DNA from: Eledone cirrhosa
Taxonomy: Eukaryota
Direction of reading: 5' to 3'
Assembly (NCBI GenBank): GCA_964016885.1
Contig: OZ024743.1
Location: forward strand, 12,462,001-12,526,000
DNA: 64,000 nucleotides
Below the pieces are notes generated by a model. The model did not search any database, had not been told where the DNA came from, and saw only the letters and a list, made by a program, of their open reading frames with translations. Positions 1 through 14,332 of the stretch are shown here, one piece after another. Position 1 is the first letter of the stretch, and every line of letters begins with the position of its first letter. The translations under genes and the position numbers were made by a program.

Positions 1-523
1 GAAGCCACAGTAGAGGTAGACCAAGGAAGACCTTGACAGGGGTGGTGAGAGCTGATCTCAAATCACTGAGACTCACAGAGGAGATGACTGTGCTGAAAAG
101 AACTCGTCAAACCCATGCAAGCGTGGAAAAAAATGAACATAAAAATTATAATGCTGATAATGATGATGATGATGATATATTATATATGAGCAATTTCAGA
201 AATAGGTTTTTCACTTTGCTTAGGTTGAACTTGTACAATTTTCAACAATGTAGTCCTGAATATATAAGTTGGAATGGTCACAGTTAGAACGTATTTTATT
301 ATTGATGCACCCATTCAGAGTTGAATTGAGGTTAAACAACAACACCCTTTTTCAGTAACCGTAAACCAATTATTACAACTGCAGATAAATAAAGCATTAA
401 TATATTCCAAGGGAAAGAACTCTAGAAGAAAAGAGGATAATCTATAACTGAATTCGATTTCAAGCCAAATGTTTCCTTTTATTTCATTTATTTATTTGTT
501 AAATATTTTAACTACCTTTTCCG

Positions 524-579
<56 letters not shown>

Positions 580-677
580 CAGTAGAAGGGATATTTAATT
601 TGTTGGTAATTCAACAAATATAAATGTTTATAACTGATTAAGAGCACTCGACAGGATTCTGGAGTAAATATTCAATG

Positions 678-1015
678 ATATTAAATAAATGGAAACTATA
701 TTTATAAAACCATATTTATTCTATTATATATATTTCAAGGGTACCAAAAATGTTGGTACGCTTTCATCAGATAAAATACAAAGTATGTTTTATAAATGTT
801 GACATAGCCAAGGAAACATACCTTATCAGTTGAATTTTCCTTGGATAGTCCAAGGAAAATTCAACTGATAAGGTATGTTCCTTGGCTATGTCAAAATTTA
901 TAAAACATACTTTGTATTTTATCTGATGAAAGCGTACCAAAATTTTTGGTACCCTTGAAATATATATAATAGAATAAATATGGTTTTATAAATATAGTTT
1001 CCATTTATTTAATAT
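678..1015. repeat. 338-bp near-perfect palindrome (3-nt loop at 846-848), Penelope-like pLTR-derived
   Basis: Arms are reverse complements with 3-4 differences; each arm carries a hammerhead core. Confidence 0.9.
915..976 (+). ncRNA. Type I hammerhead ribozyme (mirror copy on minus strand about 717-778)
   Basis: Stem I tattttat/atagaata, CUGAUGA 923-929, stem II gtacc/ggtac, GAAA 957-960, palindromic AU stem III, AUA cleavage triplet ending at 968. Confidence 0.78.
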
Positions 1016-1229
1016 TGTATATATATATATATATTATATAGTTCAAAATGACAAACAAACAAACGCAGGAGTCAATGGTACAAAGTGTTATTAGCTTCAC
1101 GCTTGGTGAGAATGGGTGATATATATATATATGATTAGTTACATCAGTAACATGTACAGGTACTTAAGTTTTGCTGGGTTATACACACCAACTATATAAA
1201 ACTGTGATAACTTTTATAGGTTTCAGCCA

Positions 1230-1782
1230 GCGTTGGCTCAGGAAATGTCTAACTTAATAGCACCACCTGTCTTTCAGATTATGGGTTCACAACCTAGTCA
1301 TGTTTTGAGCACCGTGGCCCACTTTCGTAAAGAGTTGTTGTTTTTGGAGACATGTCCGGCTGCATGCCATTTATCTGGGATTTCTTGGAGGAATTTGAGC
1401 AAGGAACTTTTGAATTTTATGGAATCTGTTTCTGTCTTGATATATTTTAGTATGATATTAAAGAGAGCGGGACCAGTTGAGGTGAAATTGTTGTGTCATA
1501 TCATTTCTTTGAGATGGGAGTTCGATTTTGTAGTGGTCAGATAGCACAGGGAGAAAGCCTTGGACCATATTGATGGAATATATTCCACATCATATAGATG
1601 ATGTAGCACTCACGGCAGAACTGGAGAGAGTAGAGTTTGAGTTTTTCTAATTGACCCCAATAGTCCAGGCCTGTCATACCACCTATCGTTTTTGTAATGG
1701 ACTGCCGAGATGCTTCAATTTTCATACTGTTTCGTGTGAGGAGACCACAGTGTACAACAGTATTTAAGGTGGGGCCAGGCAA
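1230..1782 (-). mobile_element. CR1/L2-group LINE 3' fragment (degenerate ORF2 C-terminus)
   Basis: Translation GLDYWGQLEKLKLYSLQFCRECYIIYMMWNI matches the CR1-type ORF2 tail motif. Confidence 0.75.
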
Positions 1783-2274
1783 AGGTAGAGTAGAGTAGAG
1801 TAGGCATGAATTTCTCTAGACCAAAAAGTTCTGAGAATCCAGGAAGACATCCAGCAAGCCAAGACAATTTTGTTGTATAGGTGAGTAATCCAGCTTAAGT
1901 AGTTGTCGTAGACGTAGCCCTACCAAATGACATGAATATTGCGAGTAAAGAGGCTGAAAAAATGACCAAGAACTCAAAATTGAAAGTGGAGATAGCAAGA
2001 CTGTTTGGAATGCAAGAGAGTAGTATGAAAGTGATATAATTTGTGATAGTGGCATTAAGGTTAATCCCATTGAAACTTCAAGACTTCTTCAAGCAGACAC
2101 CATTCAAGATTGGTGTCATACAAGTCATCCTTGCTAGGCACTGAACACATTCTAAGGAAAGTAATATCTGCCTGCAGTCCTTCTTGCGACTTGACAGATG
2201 ACTAAATATGCAGGTGCATTTTCCATCTACGATGCATTACAAAGTAATAATAATAATAACAATAATAATAATCT

Positions 2275-2660
2275 CAATAGGCCTGATCTGGTGGTTTTTG
2301 ACAAGGAAAAATGATCGGGCCTGATTGTAGGTGTAGCCTGCTCCTTTGACACAAGAGTGCAAGAAAAGGAGGAGAAAATTAACCAATACTAGAATTTAAA
2401 GTGAGAATTAAAAAGGATTTGGGACTGTCACAAGATTAAGGTTGTCCCGATTGTTATAGTGCACTAGGTACTATCTCAAAGAGTTTTCAAGGATGATTAA
2501 AGAACATTAGTCCAGTCCCCTTTTTTGAAACACTGCTTGCTGAGAACAGTAAGAACCCTTCGATATGTCCTGAATATCAGAGGCTGCAGTGGAAGCTTGA
2601 TGTTCATTTGGACAAACTTTCCAGTTAAATAACATCAATGACTGAGACTCCAAGAACAAT
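2275..2660 (+). mobile_element. R4/Dong-like non-LTR retrotransposon 3' fragment (restriction-like endonuclease)
   Basis: NRPDLVVFDKE...VACSFD...EK...Y.NLK.ELKRIW...VVPIVI.ALG with stops; flanked by (AAT)n. Confidence 0.8.
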
Positions 2661-2736
2661 AATAATAATCACAATAATAATGCTTCAAGAAGCAATATAA
2701 TAAAAGAATGGGAAAATATTATAAATTCTTACTAAC

Positions 2737-2772
2737 CGGATAAAAGTGTGAGTACTCTACATCAATTTGGGT
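2737..2772 (-). CDS. TEP1: Probable TEP1 small exon (TQIDVEYSHFYP)
   Basis: tttcag acceptor, gttagt donor, 36 nt open in phase 0. Confidence 0.65.
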
Positions 2773-5700
2773 CTGAAATATGGAGAAAAAGAAATCAATC
2801 AAAACAATACTAATACATGAATAAATATTGTAGTCTCTGATCAAGACAAAGTGAAAGTATATTTGAATTCATAGCAAAATGAGAAAACTGATTGCTAGAA
2901 CAGCTGTTAAAACAGCTAAATGCTGTCAAAGACAGCAATGGGCAAAAATGTCTCAGAGAACAGAGACCAGCAGCAAGTGGTCACGAGGTGAGTGAGAGGC
3001 AGAAAGATTTATTTTTCTGTTGCATGATCCAGCATTTTAAAAATGGTACTCTCAATTAATTCGTGTTAACCCATTTTGCTGGTTTGAGAGCTGATGAGGG
3101 TGAAGATGCATGTGTGAACTTGTCTTGTATGTCACCTTTCTTTATTTCCTTCTTCTATGCACAAACACACTTCTCCTTGTCCTCCCCCTCTCTCAATCTT
3201 TTCTATATTTCATCTGCCTGTCACCTACCCCATTGGTCTCTGTCGTCTGAGGCATTTTTGCCTGTTTTAACAGCTGTTCTAGTAATAAGTTTTCTCATTT
3301 TATTATGAATTCAAATACTATTACAAAATAACTGATGATAAATATATTTTGTGTGTGCGCGCGCGCGTGCGTGCGTGCGTGCGTGCGTGCGTGTGTGTGC
3401 GCGCGCATGCGTGTGTGTGTTTATGTGCATGAGTGTGCATGCAAACACCACAAGAAATTGTCAAGCTTCTAGGGTACCAAATTTGCAGCTTCATTTCCAT
3501 AATTGTTTAAATAAGTCAATAAAGTCTTTGTGTATGTATGACTTCATTATCTAATATATCTTTCCTAGTGTCTGTTGATCAGCCTTAGCTGACACAGCAA
3601 ACTAATGATCAAATGTATTCCTATTATGACCATATAGATTTTTTTTTCATTTATGTGTACTATATCTTGGACTAAATTATTTAGTGAGTACATAGAGGCT
3701 CTCTTATTGCAAATGTTTAATAAATAAAATCCTATAAGTGGTGCTACCGGATGTAATAATGAATTGCCTTTTCAGTGAGACATAATACTTAAATTTTGAA
3801 TAAAACTTTGCAGAGACATTCGAAAATAATAGTAGCCTCCCCTCATTTCGCTATCTCGTCCAGGAACTTGATAAAATTGTTTTTTAGCTTAAGATAAATA
3901 AGTTCTGATTGAGATAACTCAACAAGGAAGTCTCAATGTAGTCGATCGACCTGCTAAAAATAGCAGCCAAATCTCTCTACAAACTTTTAAATTGTTAGGT
4001 TCTTTTGTTCAATTTAGAAATAAACTGCAACAATCAGAGTTATGTACCTTACTTAGAAAGGATGGGCGCAGTAGCTGCAATGAGATATACAACTATGATG
4101 CCTCTAACCGACAAGTAAACCTCTACGTACTTGTTCAACTTGGTAAAATATAGCAGCTAAACCTACCTCAAAGAGCACCCCAACTGTCTTAGAAAATGAC
4201 ACATTGCATAATATGGAACTGGGTTCTCCACATTTAAAGAAAATGACAGAATAGTCACAACTAGAATGTCTGTAGTCATAGGTTTGCTCAATCAGGACTG
4301 ACCTGAGTCTAAATGACAACAATTATGCCTCATTAATCTATATATAAAGTTGAGCGACTTCCATCCGTCCGTCACAATATGTGTGTGGGTGTGTTTGTGT
4401 GAATATATGTGTGTGTAAAAGGAAGGACGGGGATGGTAAAAAAACTATAGCGAAACAGTGGCTGGCATTCAATTTGCTATGCTGTGTGAGAGTGTATGTG
4501 TATGTTTGTGTGAATGTACACACACATATACACATATGCGTCAGCGTGTTGAAAAAAATCCTAGTAACACAAAAATCATAGATAGCAATGACACCCAAAA
4601 CGTATTTAAGTCTCAAAATAGGATCTGTATGACAATAATCTTACATCTGAGTCAACCATGTTGATGAGTTCGGCAACGTTCTCAAGAATTGTTCCTGGTT
4701 TTACATCGACAACACAATGCCTGTCGTCTTGTTTCCACAAAACTATCTGACAGGCTTCACAGGAATAGTTGCACATTAAGGCCAACAACACAGACACTTG
4801 TTGTTTCTGAAAGAAGAAATATGACAACAGGGTTATTGAAAATGTTAAGTATTTCTATCCACTTTCCTTTTTTTTTTACCAATTTAAATAACTGTTTCTG
4901 CTTTTGGCACAAGGCCAGCAATTACTCCAGTGCATTACTAGTGCTTTATTTTATCAACCCCATAAGGATGAAAGGCAAAGCTAACCTCAGCGGGATTTGA
5001 ACTCAGAACATAAAGGGCCATAACTATGCTGCAAAGCATGGCGTCCGGCCCTCAACTAATACTGCCAATCCACCGCCCTTTACCAATTTAAATAATGGCT
5101 AATGGTAATGGAATAGCAGAAATGGTAGAATGCCAGATTAATCCTTTTTGATTTCAAACTACCTGAAACTGCCCTTGGTTCTTTAACTCTTTAGCATTTA
5201 AACTGACCGTATCCAGCCAGAATTCTTTCACCTCTTTCTGTTCAAACCAACTGTAACTGGTCACTCATACTGATGTTAAGGTATTGTTCTCAAAATAAAT
5301 AATATCAAAATTTCATAGATTCAATATTATGTGAGGTAAAGCCTTTACCATGAAAATATAATTGTTTCTACTTTTGGCACAAGGCCAGCAATACCCAGTT
5401 CATTACTGGTACTTTATTTTATTGACCCGGTAAGGATGAAAGGCAAAGTTAACCTCGGCGGGATTTGAACTGAGATCGTAAAGGGACGTAACTATGCTGG
5501 TAAGCATGTCCGACCCTCTACCGATACTGCCAATTCATGAAAATATAATAGTAACTATCGAGTAATGTAAATGCTAAAGGGTTAATACAAAACTTCTTAT
5601 TTTAAAAACCTTCTGTCATGAAATATATAAGTACCTTTATTATGTTCCAAATACCAGCTCAATAATGAAAAAATTAGTTATATTACTATATCAATGAAAT

Positions 5701-8700
5701 TCTTCATTATTTTCAAAATTATTGGAAAATTATATGCTTTCTCTTCCATTAAAAATCATCATCATTATCATTTAACATCCGTTTTCCCTGCTAGCACCTA
5801 TAACCAGCCCAGTCATCATTACTGTGTCTAGCTGTTTTTTAAGCCTCCATACTAAACTCTTTCCCCCCAAACTGCAAGCATCTGGACCTTTCTCCTTGTC
5901 CATGTTATTGTTGCACCACCACCCTATTTCAACTACAACCCCCACTTCATAGACAAACATTTTAACTGAACATCAACTGTATCACCATCACCAGTCAGAG
6001 AAAGATTGAGAACACACCACTCGCTCATTCAGACTAAGTAATGTGCTAAAATTAAAACATAAAACTGCCTTTTTACTTACAGTCCATGATTTTCCAAATC
6101 CTCTAACTGATTTGCACATATTGTCACTACTTCTACTATCAGTCAAGTTGCAAAGGATGACAGTCCTTCCTTTGATAGGACGCAAGTTGTGGTTGGTAGC
6201 CAGCTTCATGGCCTTATCCAGGGCTGCTTTGTAGGTATCTAAATTATCTTTTGTGTAATCAATTCTAAACATGGTGGAAGAAATGATTAAAGGGGAAAAA
6301 AGCAAAAAATATGGGAGACAATAATAAATAGTTATAATTGAACAAATTACATATTTAAAATTAAATATGGTAAATATATATATATAGATAGATAGATACC
6401 CTACCCGACCCGGTCTACCCAGCCACATCTGCCTGGTCATATCCATCTGTCCATACAGCAACATCTACCCAACCATATCCACTCAACCAAATCCACCTAC
6501 ACACATCTACCCAGCCACATCCATCTAGACACATCCACCCACCCACATCTACCCACCCACATCTACCCACCCACATCCACCCACCCACATCCACCCAGCC
6601 ACAGCTACCCAGCCACATCCACCCAACTACATCTACACACCCACATCAACCCAGCCACATCCACCCAGCCACATCCACCCAGCTCCATCAACCCACCCAC
6701 AGCTATCCAGCCACATCCACCCACCCACATCTACCTACCCACATCTACCCAGCCACATCAACCCATCCACATTTACCCAGCCACATTTACCCAGCCACAG
6801 CTACCCAGTCACATCTACCCAGCCACAGCTACCCAGTCACATCTACCCAGCCACAGCTACCCAACCCCATCTACCCACCCAAAATCCACCCAACCACATC
6901 CACTTAAATGAGATTAAAAGAAGCTAATGGAGGTAGAAAATTCAAAGAATGGTAGAAAGAATTGTTTTTTATGTGAAAAAGAATGTAATTTACTTACGGT
7001 TGGTTATTCATTTTCTTGTGTTTTGCTGGGAATGGCATTTCTATAAATTGTAAAAGAAATATGAAATACAAAAGATGGGAAATGAACTCAGTAAAAAAAA
7101 TGCCTTGAAAAACTGATTTTTAAAATATTTAACAAATATCTACATGGAATAAATTATTTGTTGTTGTCAGCCATTATCAAGTTACAATGAAAAGAAGAAT
7201 TCCTATCATATATAATTGTTTCTACTTTTGGCACAAGGCCAGCAATTATCCCAGTGCATCACTGGTACTTTATTTTATCAACCCTGTTAGGATGAAAGAC
7301 AAAACTAACCTTAGTGGGATTTGAACTCCAAATGTAAAGGGCTATAACTATGCAGCAAAGCATGGTGTCTAACGCTCTACCGATACTGCTAATTCACCGC
7401 CATTCCTATCATATATAATTGTTTCTACTTTTGGCACAAGGCCAGCAATTATCCCAATGTATTACTGGTGCTTTATTTTATCGACCCCATAAGGATGTAG
7501 GAGTGAAAGCCAGTGTTTTGCTATTGTTGTTGTTTAGCTTCTGGCCAGTCTTGATCAAGCAGATCTACGATCAAAGGAAGTTCCAGTCATGACAAGCCTG
7601 TTTATTTTATATGATATGTCCTTCCTGTTTAAGAAGTTAGAGTATGACCCAAAGAGACTGGGCTGTTATTTCTAGGAATTAAGCTCACTGAAAGATGAGG
7701 AAGAGACTGAAAATTTCATATGCTACTGAAACTATCCAAAGACAGCCCAATGTGCAGCATGGTATGGAATGGTCCAAGTTTAGTGCACCTGAGCACTGTA
7801 CACAATAATTTTCATTATTATTATTTTTTAAATACTAGTGAGTGGAAATTATTCACAGACCAGAGACCTAGCTCAAATGCTTGCAACAGAATGGACTCCA
7901 CTAAACACACCCAGAACATGGTAGTTCTCTTAAACCAGACAATAGATCAAGTCTGCATTATTCATCAATTAAACATTCTTTAATCAGAAATTCCATGAAG
8001 TTAAAAATAAATTGCTTCCCAACTACTTTGGTCCAGGTCCATTCAAACTGTGCAATAGTGTCTTCTACTATAGCTATAGCCTTGTGTTCACCCATGCTTT
8101 GTAAATGAAATTAATAAGATGAAAACTGTGCAGACATGTGTCAGAGAGATTGTACATACTCTTGGCTGGTAGACCTAATTTCATCTTTCACCTGGTTTAA
8201 CATTTCCACCTAACCTAGGGCTGCCTTTAGTAGAGATAAATTGATATATTGATGCACTGCTTCTTAATATATGTGAATTATGGCTTATTTTCCTCCTTTT
8301 CTACCAACTAGTCTTAGAGCTCCTGCAAAGTTCATGAGCACTGCCATCCCATTTCTTATTAAGCCATAAGTAATATAGCTCACCATCTGATTCTTCAATT
8401 AATTCCTTTTCCATTTGTTCTAAAACGGCATAAGCACTGAAAAATTGTGTTGGAAGTTGTTTACTGTTGATAACAGAATTCTACAAGAAAGACAGAAAAA
8501 ATATAGTTAATTGGTGTGATGCAGTAATTGGCAATAATTTAATTATCAAGTTTTTTTTCAAAAATTTTAAACTGTTTTCTAAAAGTCTACTGTAAATTTT
8601 TCCTCAAAATTTTCCTTAATTTTTTTTCAAAAATTTCAAGCATTTGAAAAAAATTGAGAAAGTTTTCTTTAAAATGTTGCTCAAAATTTATCAAACATCC

Positions 8701-11700
8701 TCAACGAATTTTTTTTCTTAAATTCTTCTCAAAATTTTCAAAACTTTTCACAAAGATTGCAAAAATTTTCCATAAACCTTTCCAAAAAATTGCAAAAGTT
8801 TTTCTAAAAATTTTTCAAATTTTTTCCTCAAAATTTTCTTTAAAATATTATCAAAATATTTTCGAGAAAATTTCAACAATATTTCTCTCAAAAATTTTCC
8901 AAAATTTTTCAAATATTTTTCTCAAAATTTTCCTCAAAGTTTACTAAAAATATTACACCAAAGTTTTATAAAAAGTTTCAACAAATATCCTCTCATAATT
9001 ATTATCAAGTTTTTTTCAAAAATTTTCTTTTAAAATGTTCTTTCTAATTTTCTGAAAGTTCACTGTAAACTTTTCAAAATTTTCCTTAAATTTTTTTCAA
9101 AAGTTTAAAGCATTTCTTCAAAAATATTCCTCAAAATTTTCCTTAGAATATTTCTCGAAATTATTCAAACATGTTCGACTAAATTTTCTTCAAAATTCTT
9201 CTCAAAATTTCTAAAGCTTTTCACAAAAATGGCAAAAATTTTCCTTAAAAATTTCTTTTAAATTTTCCTGAAAATTGTTGAAATGTTTTCCTAAAATTTT
9301 ATCAAAATACTTTCGAAAAAAATTCTTGATTTTTTTTTCTAAAATTTTACTTAAAAATGAAGATGTTTCAAAAAATTTGAGGAAATTTAAACCAGCCATG
9401 TCTGGCAAGAATTCTCTCACCTCTTTCTGCTCAAACTGTCTGTAACCAGCCACTTGTTAAGGTATTGTTCTCAAAATAAATAATATCAAAATCTCATAGA
9501 TTTGAGATTATGTGAGATAATTATATGAGGCAAAGCCTTTACTGTGAAAATATAATAGTAAATATAGAGTAATGTAAATGCTAAAGGGTTAAAATGTTTC
9601 TCAAAATGTTTTTTAAAAGTATGTTCAACGAAATTTTCTTTAAAATTCTTCTCAAAATTTTCAAAACTTTTCACAAAAATTATTCAATTATAACTTTGGT
9701 TTCATTCCATATTTGAGGTTGTTGAATATCATTATAATTCTTATCGTAAAGGTGGTGGTTTGACAGAGTCATTAGAGCATCAGACAAATGCTGGACAGAA
9801 TTTGTTTCAAGTCTTTGCTTTCTGAGTTCAAATCCTGCAGATGTCAACTTTGCCTTTCAGCCTTCCAGGGTTGATAAAATAAATCACCAGTCAAGGACTG
9901 AAGTCAATATAACTGACATTCCCTTTCCATCCAAATTGTGCCTAAATCACAAACCATTGTTAAGAAACCATTATGTTAAATATTTTGTTTATAACTTTGA
10001 TTTCATTCTTAATATAAGATTCTTAAAAGTACTCAAATATAAAATTGAGAATGGAGTAGGATGTGTGTTTTTGTTTTCATTCATAAATTAAATACACTGA
10101 GTAGAGCCACAACATAATGACAGTAGTGAGCTGTGAACTTATGACAATGTTATCTGTAGTACAGTACCTAATTAACATGTGAGAAATTCACAAAAAAAAA
10201 TAAGGCTTAAAAAATATAGAAAAAAACATTAAAATGTTATAAAATATTTTTTTTAAAAGCTCAAATAAAAATGAATACCTCATCAGACAACTTTTTTAAC
10301 ACCTTCGTTGTATGTTTGCTTGAGATGCCTGCCTTAATCAAATTCCTGATATTCCGCAGCATAGCCATATATGGTAATTTCCTGTGATCTAATGAAATTT
10401 GGCAAGAAAATAGGTTTGTTATACATACAAAGTTAGTGACAATGAGAGTAATTTAATTGTTTAGTTTTTCATTTCATTACAACAGGTATGTTTTCTACAG
10501 CTGGATGCCATCCTTATCACCCACCACAGAATACTCCGTAATGTGGTTGGTGATATGAAGGGCATCCAGCCATAGAAAACCTGCCAAACAAAGAGTTAAT
10601 AGGAATTTTCAGCTGTGACATGAAAATTTCCCTAGTGTTGGTTTCACTCAGAAAAGTATGGGTTTTTATGTCAAGCACCTGGCCCACCTGAGAGTCAGTG
10701 GCTTTGCTTCAGTACTGACTGGTCTGTGGCGACACATCCAACTCATAGTAGCAGGGAAAAATGGATGTTAGATGACGACAATGGAGACAGCGAGGACAAT
10801 GTTGATGACAATGTGTAGTAATACGCATTAATAATCAGTGTTCTGTAGGCACCAAAATAGGCTGTGCTGAGCATTATAATGAGGAAAATTTTAAAATGAT
10901 ATATTTTTTGTCAACAACTAGATGTATTTCTTTACCTCTAAGAAACCATTGGTCATGCAGGGCTGAGTTAATATATTAATCATCATCATCGTTTGACTGC
11001 AGTAGCAGACAATCATAATCCTCCTCCACCCATTATCCATTGTAGCTTTCATAATCAGTTGCGGTCCTGTGGTCAAGTGATTAACTCTGGCCATCATCAT
11101 CATCATCATCATCATCGTTTAACGTCCATCTTCCACGCTAGCATGGGTTTGGACGGGAATTTTCCCACTTGAGGCAAGATTAGATTGGTTGTCTTGCTCG
11201 TATAGGACTATCTGGCAGGTTTTCTACGGCTGGATGCCCTTCTTAACACCAACCACGTTTACAGTGTGGACTGGGAGGTTTTTACCGTGTTACCTACACG
11301 GCCACATTACAGCGTGGACTGTGTGTTTTTTTTATCGTGACACCTACACGACCTCATTTGTTTTGGACTGGATGTTGTGGCACCAACATAACTTTACATC
11401 GAAAGGGGTGGTGTGGATGGGGTGGGGGTAGTGGGACAGGGGTGTATTTTAGTTAAGAGGTGCCTACTGACTGTTGGTTTCGCTTTGTACTTAGGCAAGG
11501 CGGGTCTTCTGTATTACTGTGTAGCGCCAAAGATCTCGGTCCAGTGACATTGTCTTGGTGAGGTGTAAGTGTGTGAGGTCGGAATTTATCAAGTCGTCCC
11601 AGGTTTTTCTGGGTCTGCCTACTCCGTGGCTACCGTCTATTTTTATTGCCCTGCACTTTTTTATACAGCTGTCGTCTTTCATGCACATCACGTGACCATA

Positions 11701-12651
11701 CCAACGTAGTCTTCTCTCGAGTAAACAACATCTGATCCCTCTTATTCCTAATTTCTCCCTTAGTTCATTTATGCTTTGCCGTTCACGTATATTACTATTA
11801 CACATCCAACGGAGCATGCAAGCTTCGTTCCTCTCCAGTCTGCGTATATCCTCTGCACACAAAGCCCAAGTCTCACTGCCATGTAACATTGCTGTTCATA
11901 TGCAGGTATCATTCATTTTTAGGGAGAAACCTTTAGTAGCCAATAGTGGTATAAGCTCTCTGAACTTTTTCCATCCCGTTCTGACTCTAGCTACTGTACT
12001 TTCAGAGCACCCTCCACCACTGCTGATTTTGTCACCCAGGTAACAGAAGGTGTTCACTATTTCTCCATCTCCATCAAGGAGATTTTAATCCCTAGGCAGA
12101 ATATAAGTACTCAGAATGTAGAATGTTGGAACAGATACAACAACGCAGCTTGTGCAATGCTCTAACAATTTTACCAATTCATTGTCTTTAGAGATGTATA
12201 TTTTATCGACATCAGAGGACAAAAGACAAAGTTGAGCTTAGTGGGATTTGAATTGGCATAGAGCCAAAACAAATACCATAAAGCATTAAATACAATGCCC
12301 TAATTACTGTCAATTTGCAGCCATTCATATATACTTTTAATATCTGCATTATGTATCAATTGCTATTTTCATTTGTGTACACATACATACATACATATTT
12401 AATTGTGTTCTATGCAGCTAAAGTTAACCATAAATCTTTTCGAGTACAAACAGTTCAGGCTTTTATCTGATGCTGTAAGAAATGTGTGTATAAACAAACA
12501 TTTAACCATGTAAACATGTCTTATTTGTGTATTTCTCCATAGACTGACAAATATGACAGCTTGACTTGAGGTTTAACCTTTGTTGAGAACCCCGTCAGAA
12601 ACTGTCTACACCCTTCTCAATCCACAAAAAAGTATACAAGTATTAATACCT

Positions 12652-12687
<36 letters not shown>

Positions 12688-14294
12688 ACACACACACACA
12701 CACACTCCCTCCCTCCCTCTTTCACTATGTGTGTGTATGTCTGTGTATATGTGGATGTACAATGAAAAAGTAATCTAGTTACTTGTACAAAGAATAATGA
12801 AAAAACAGTCCAGTACTGGGGGTCGATTCTTCCTCTATAGAAAAATTGGCTGTGTTCAGACCTGGAGAGGGTTGGGCTCCGCCAGGTTTAAAAATGCCCT
12901 AGACACACTATATGTTGGTGCCTCTACGACTCCACAAGGAGTTATGGGTCCTTTATCCTTTATAATGTTATTAATGTATATATTTAAAACATATTTGCAG
13001 TGTTATTCTACTGTAAATTTATACAATTGTAAATAATGAGCTAGTTAATCAAACAGTTGGAAACACTAACCAATCAAGGATTGCCAAACAGTAGCCGAGT
13101 TGCCATGTAAAGAAACTTGGGTCTCCCATGTTTCAGGAACTGCTAATTTCATCCTCTTGCCAGCTTTACTTTCATCAAAAGTACCATCCAAACGTGACTG
13201 ATAAAATTGCTCTAGATTTTTTGGATACCTGAGAAGAATAATAAATAAAATATGAATATCTAATCTAGATATTTCAGTAATAATTTTAATAATTGTACTA
13301 TGGATATTTTTTACTTTGTTGTCTTAGAAAAAGTAAAGAGATGGGGGGGGGGGGGCACAGTGAATTTTAAAAGAAAAACTTTTTTTGTATAAAAAAATTA
13401 TTAAAAAAAAAAAATATTCTGAAAAGAAGAGGAAGGAAAGAAAATGTTGTTGCTGTCTCTAGGAAGTTAAGAGATTACATTGAGTAGGCATAGAGAAATC
13501 CTTGATCACAAGCAAAATTTTACCCTCCTTCAAATCTGAAACTGCCCACTAAAATTTGCTCTGGTTCTATGAAACAAAAGCACCCATTTTAAAGGGTTCC
13601 TATTTTAAAAAAAACCTTTTAACATGATTATACAGAATTTCACAGAATTTTCCTTAGAACCTAGCAAATAATTTTTCGTGGAAACCACCACATATTCACG
13701 GAATTGACATGTATTCCGTCAATTTTATGGCTTTTTTCATGACAATATATATTTTTTAATGCTAAATTATTAATAACAATCTACCGTATTTGCCGGCCTA
13801 TTGGACGTCCCTTCGCATAAGACACTCCCTCTTTTTTAATTATATTTTACACAATATTTTGACGTTTATAGGCATTTTTATGGACCACATCCAACATTTG
13901 CGATTTTTGTTGTGACGCCTACATGAACACCTGACAGTGTGGACTGGATGCTTTTTGTTGTGATACCTATACAACCACTTTATTGTGTGGACTGGAGGGC
14001 TTTTTGTCGTGAGACCTACAGTGTGGGCTGGGAACTAATGAATACACATTTGGTCATCTTAATCAAACCACAAAGAGTTTAATGGTGACAAATAATTGAA
14101 ACATTTATTTTTCTTAAAATAATTCAATATACCAAAGAGATACTACTAACCTTTTACCAATTAAACACATTACATGTTTAATTGGTTCAGCAATGTGCAA
14201 CTGTCTCACTAGTTGTTTTAGTGTGTACATCGAAGTACCGTTTCTTTTGTGAATTTCACATCTAGTTGCCTGCAAAAATTTTAAGAAATAAATA

Positions 14295-14332
<38 letters not shown>

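Noticed and set aside
3085-3140. ctgatgag hammerhead-like core
   Set aside because: No GAAA after the stem, so the core is incomplete
6415-6903. Trp/Gly-rich ORF (GCGWV)n
   Set aside because: Translation of an intronic 15-bp minisatellite
8654-9674. Lys/Phe-rich ORFs
   Set aside because: Low-complexity A/T-run array
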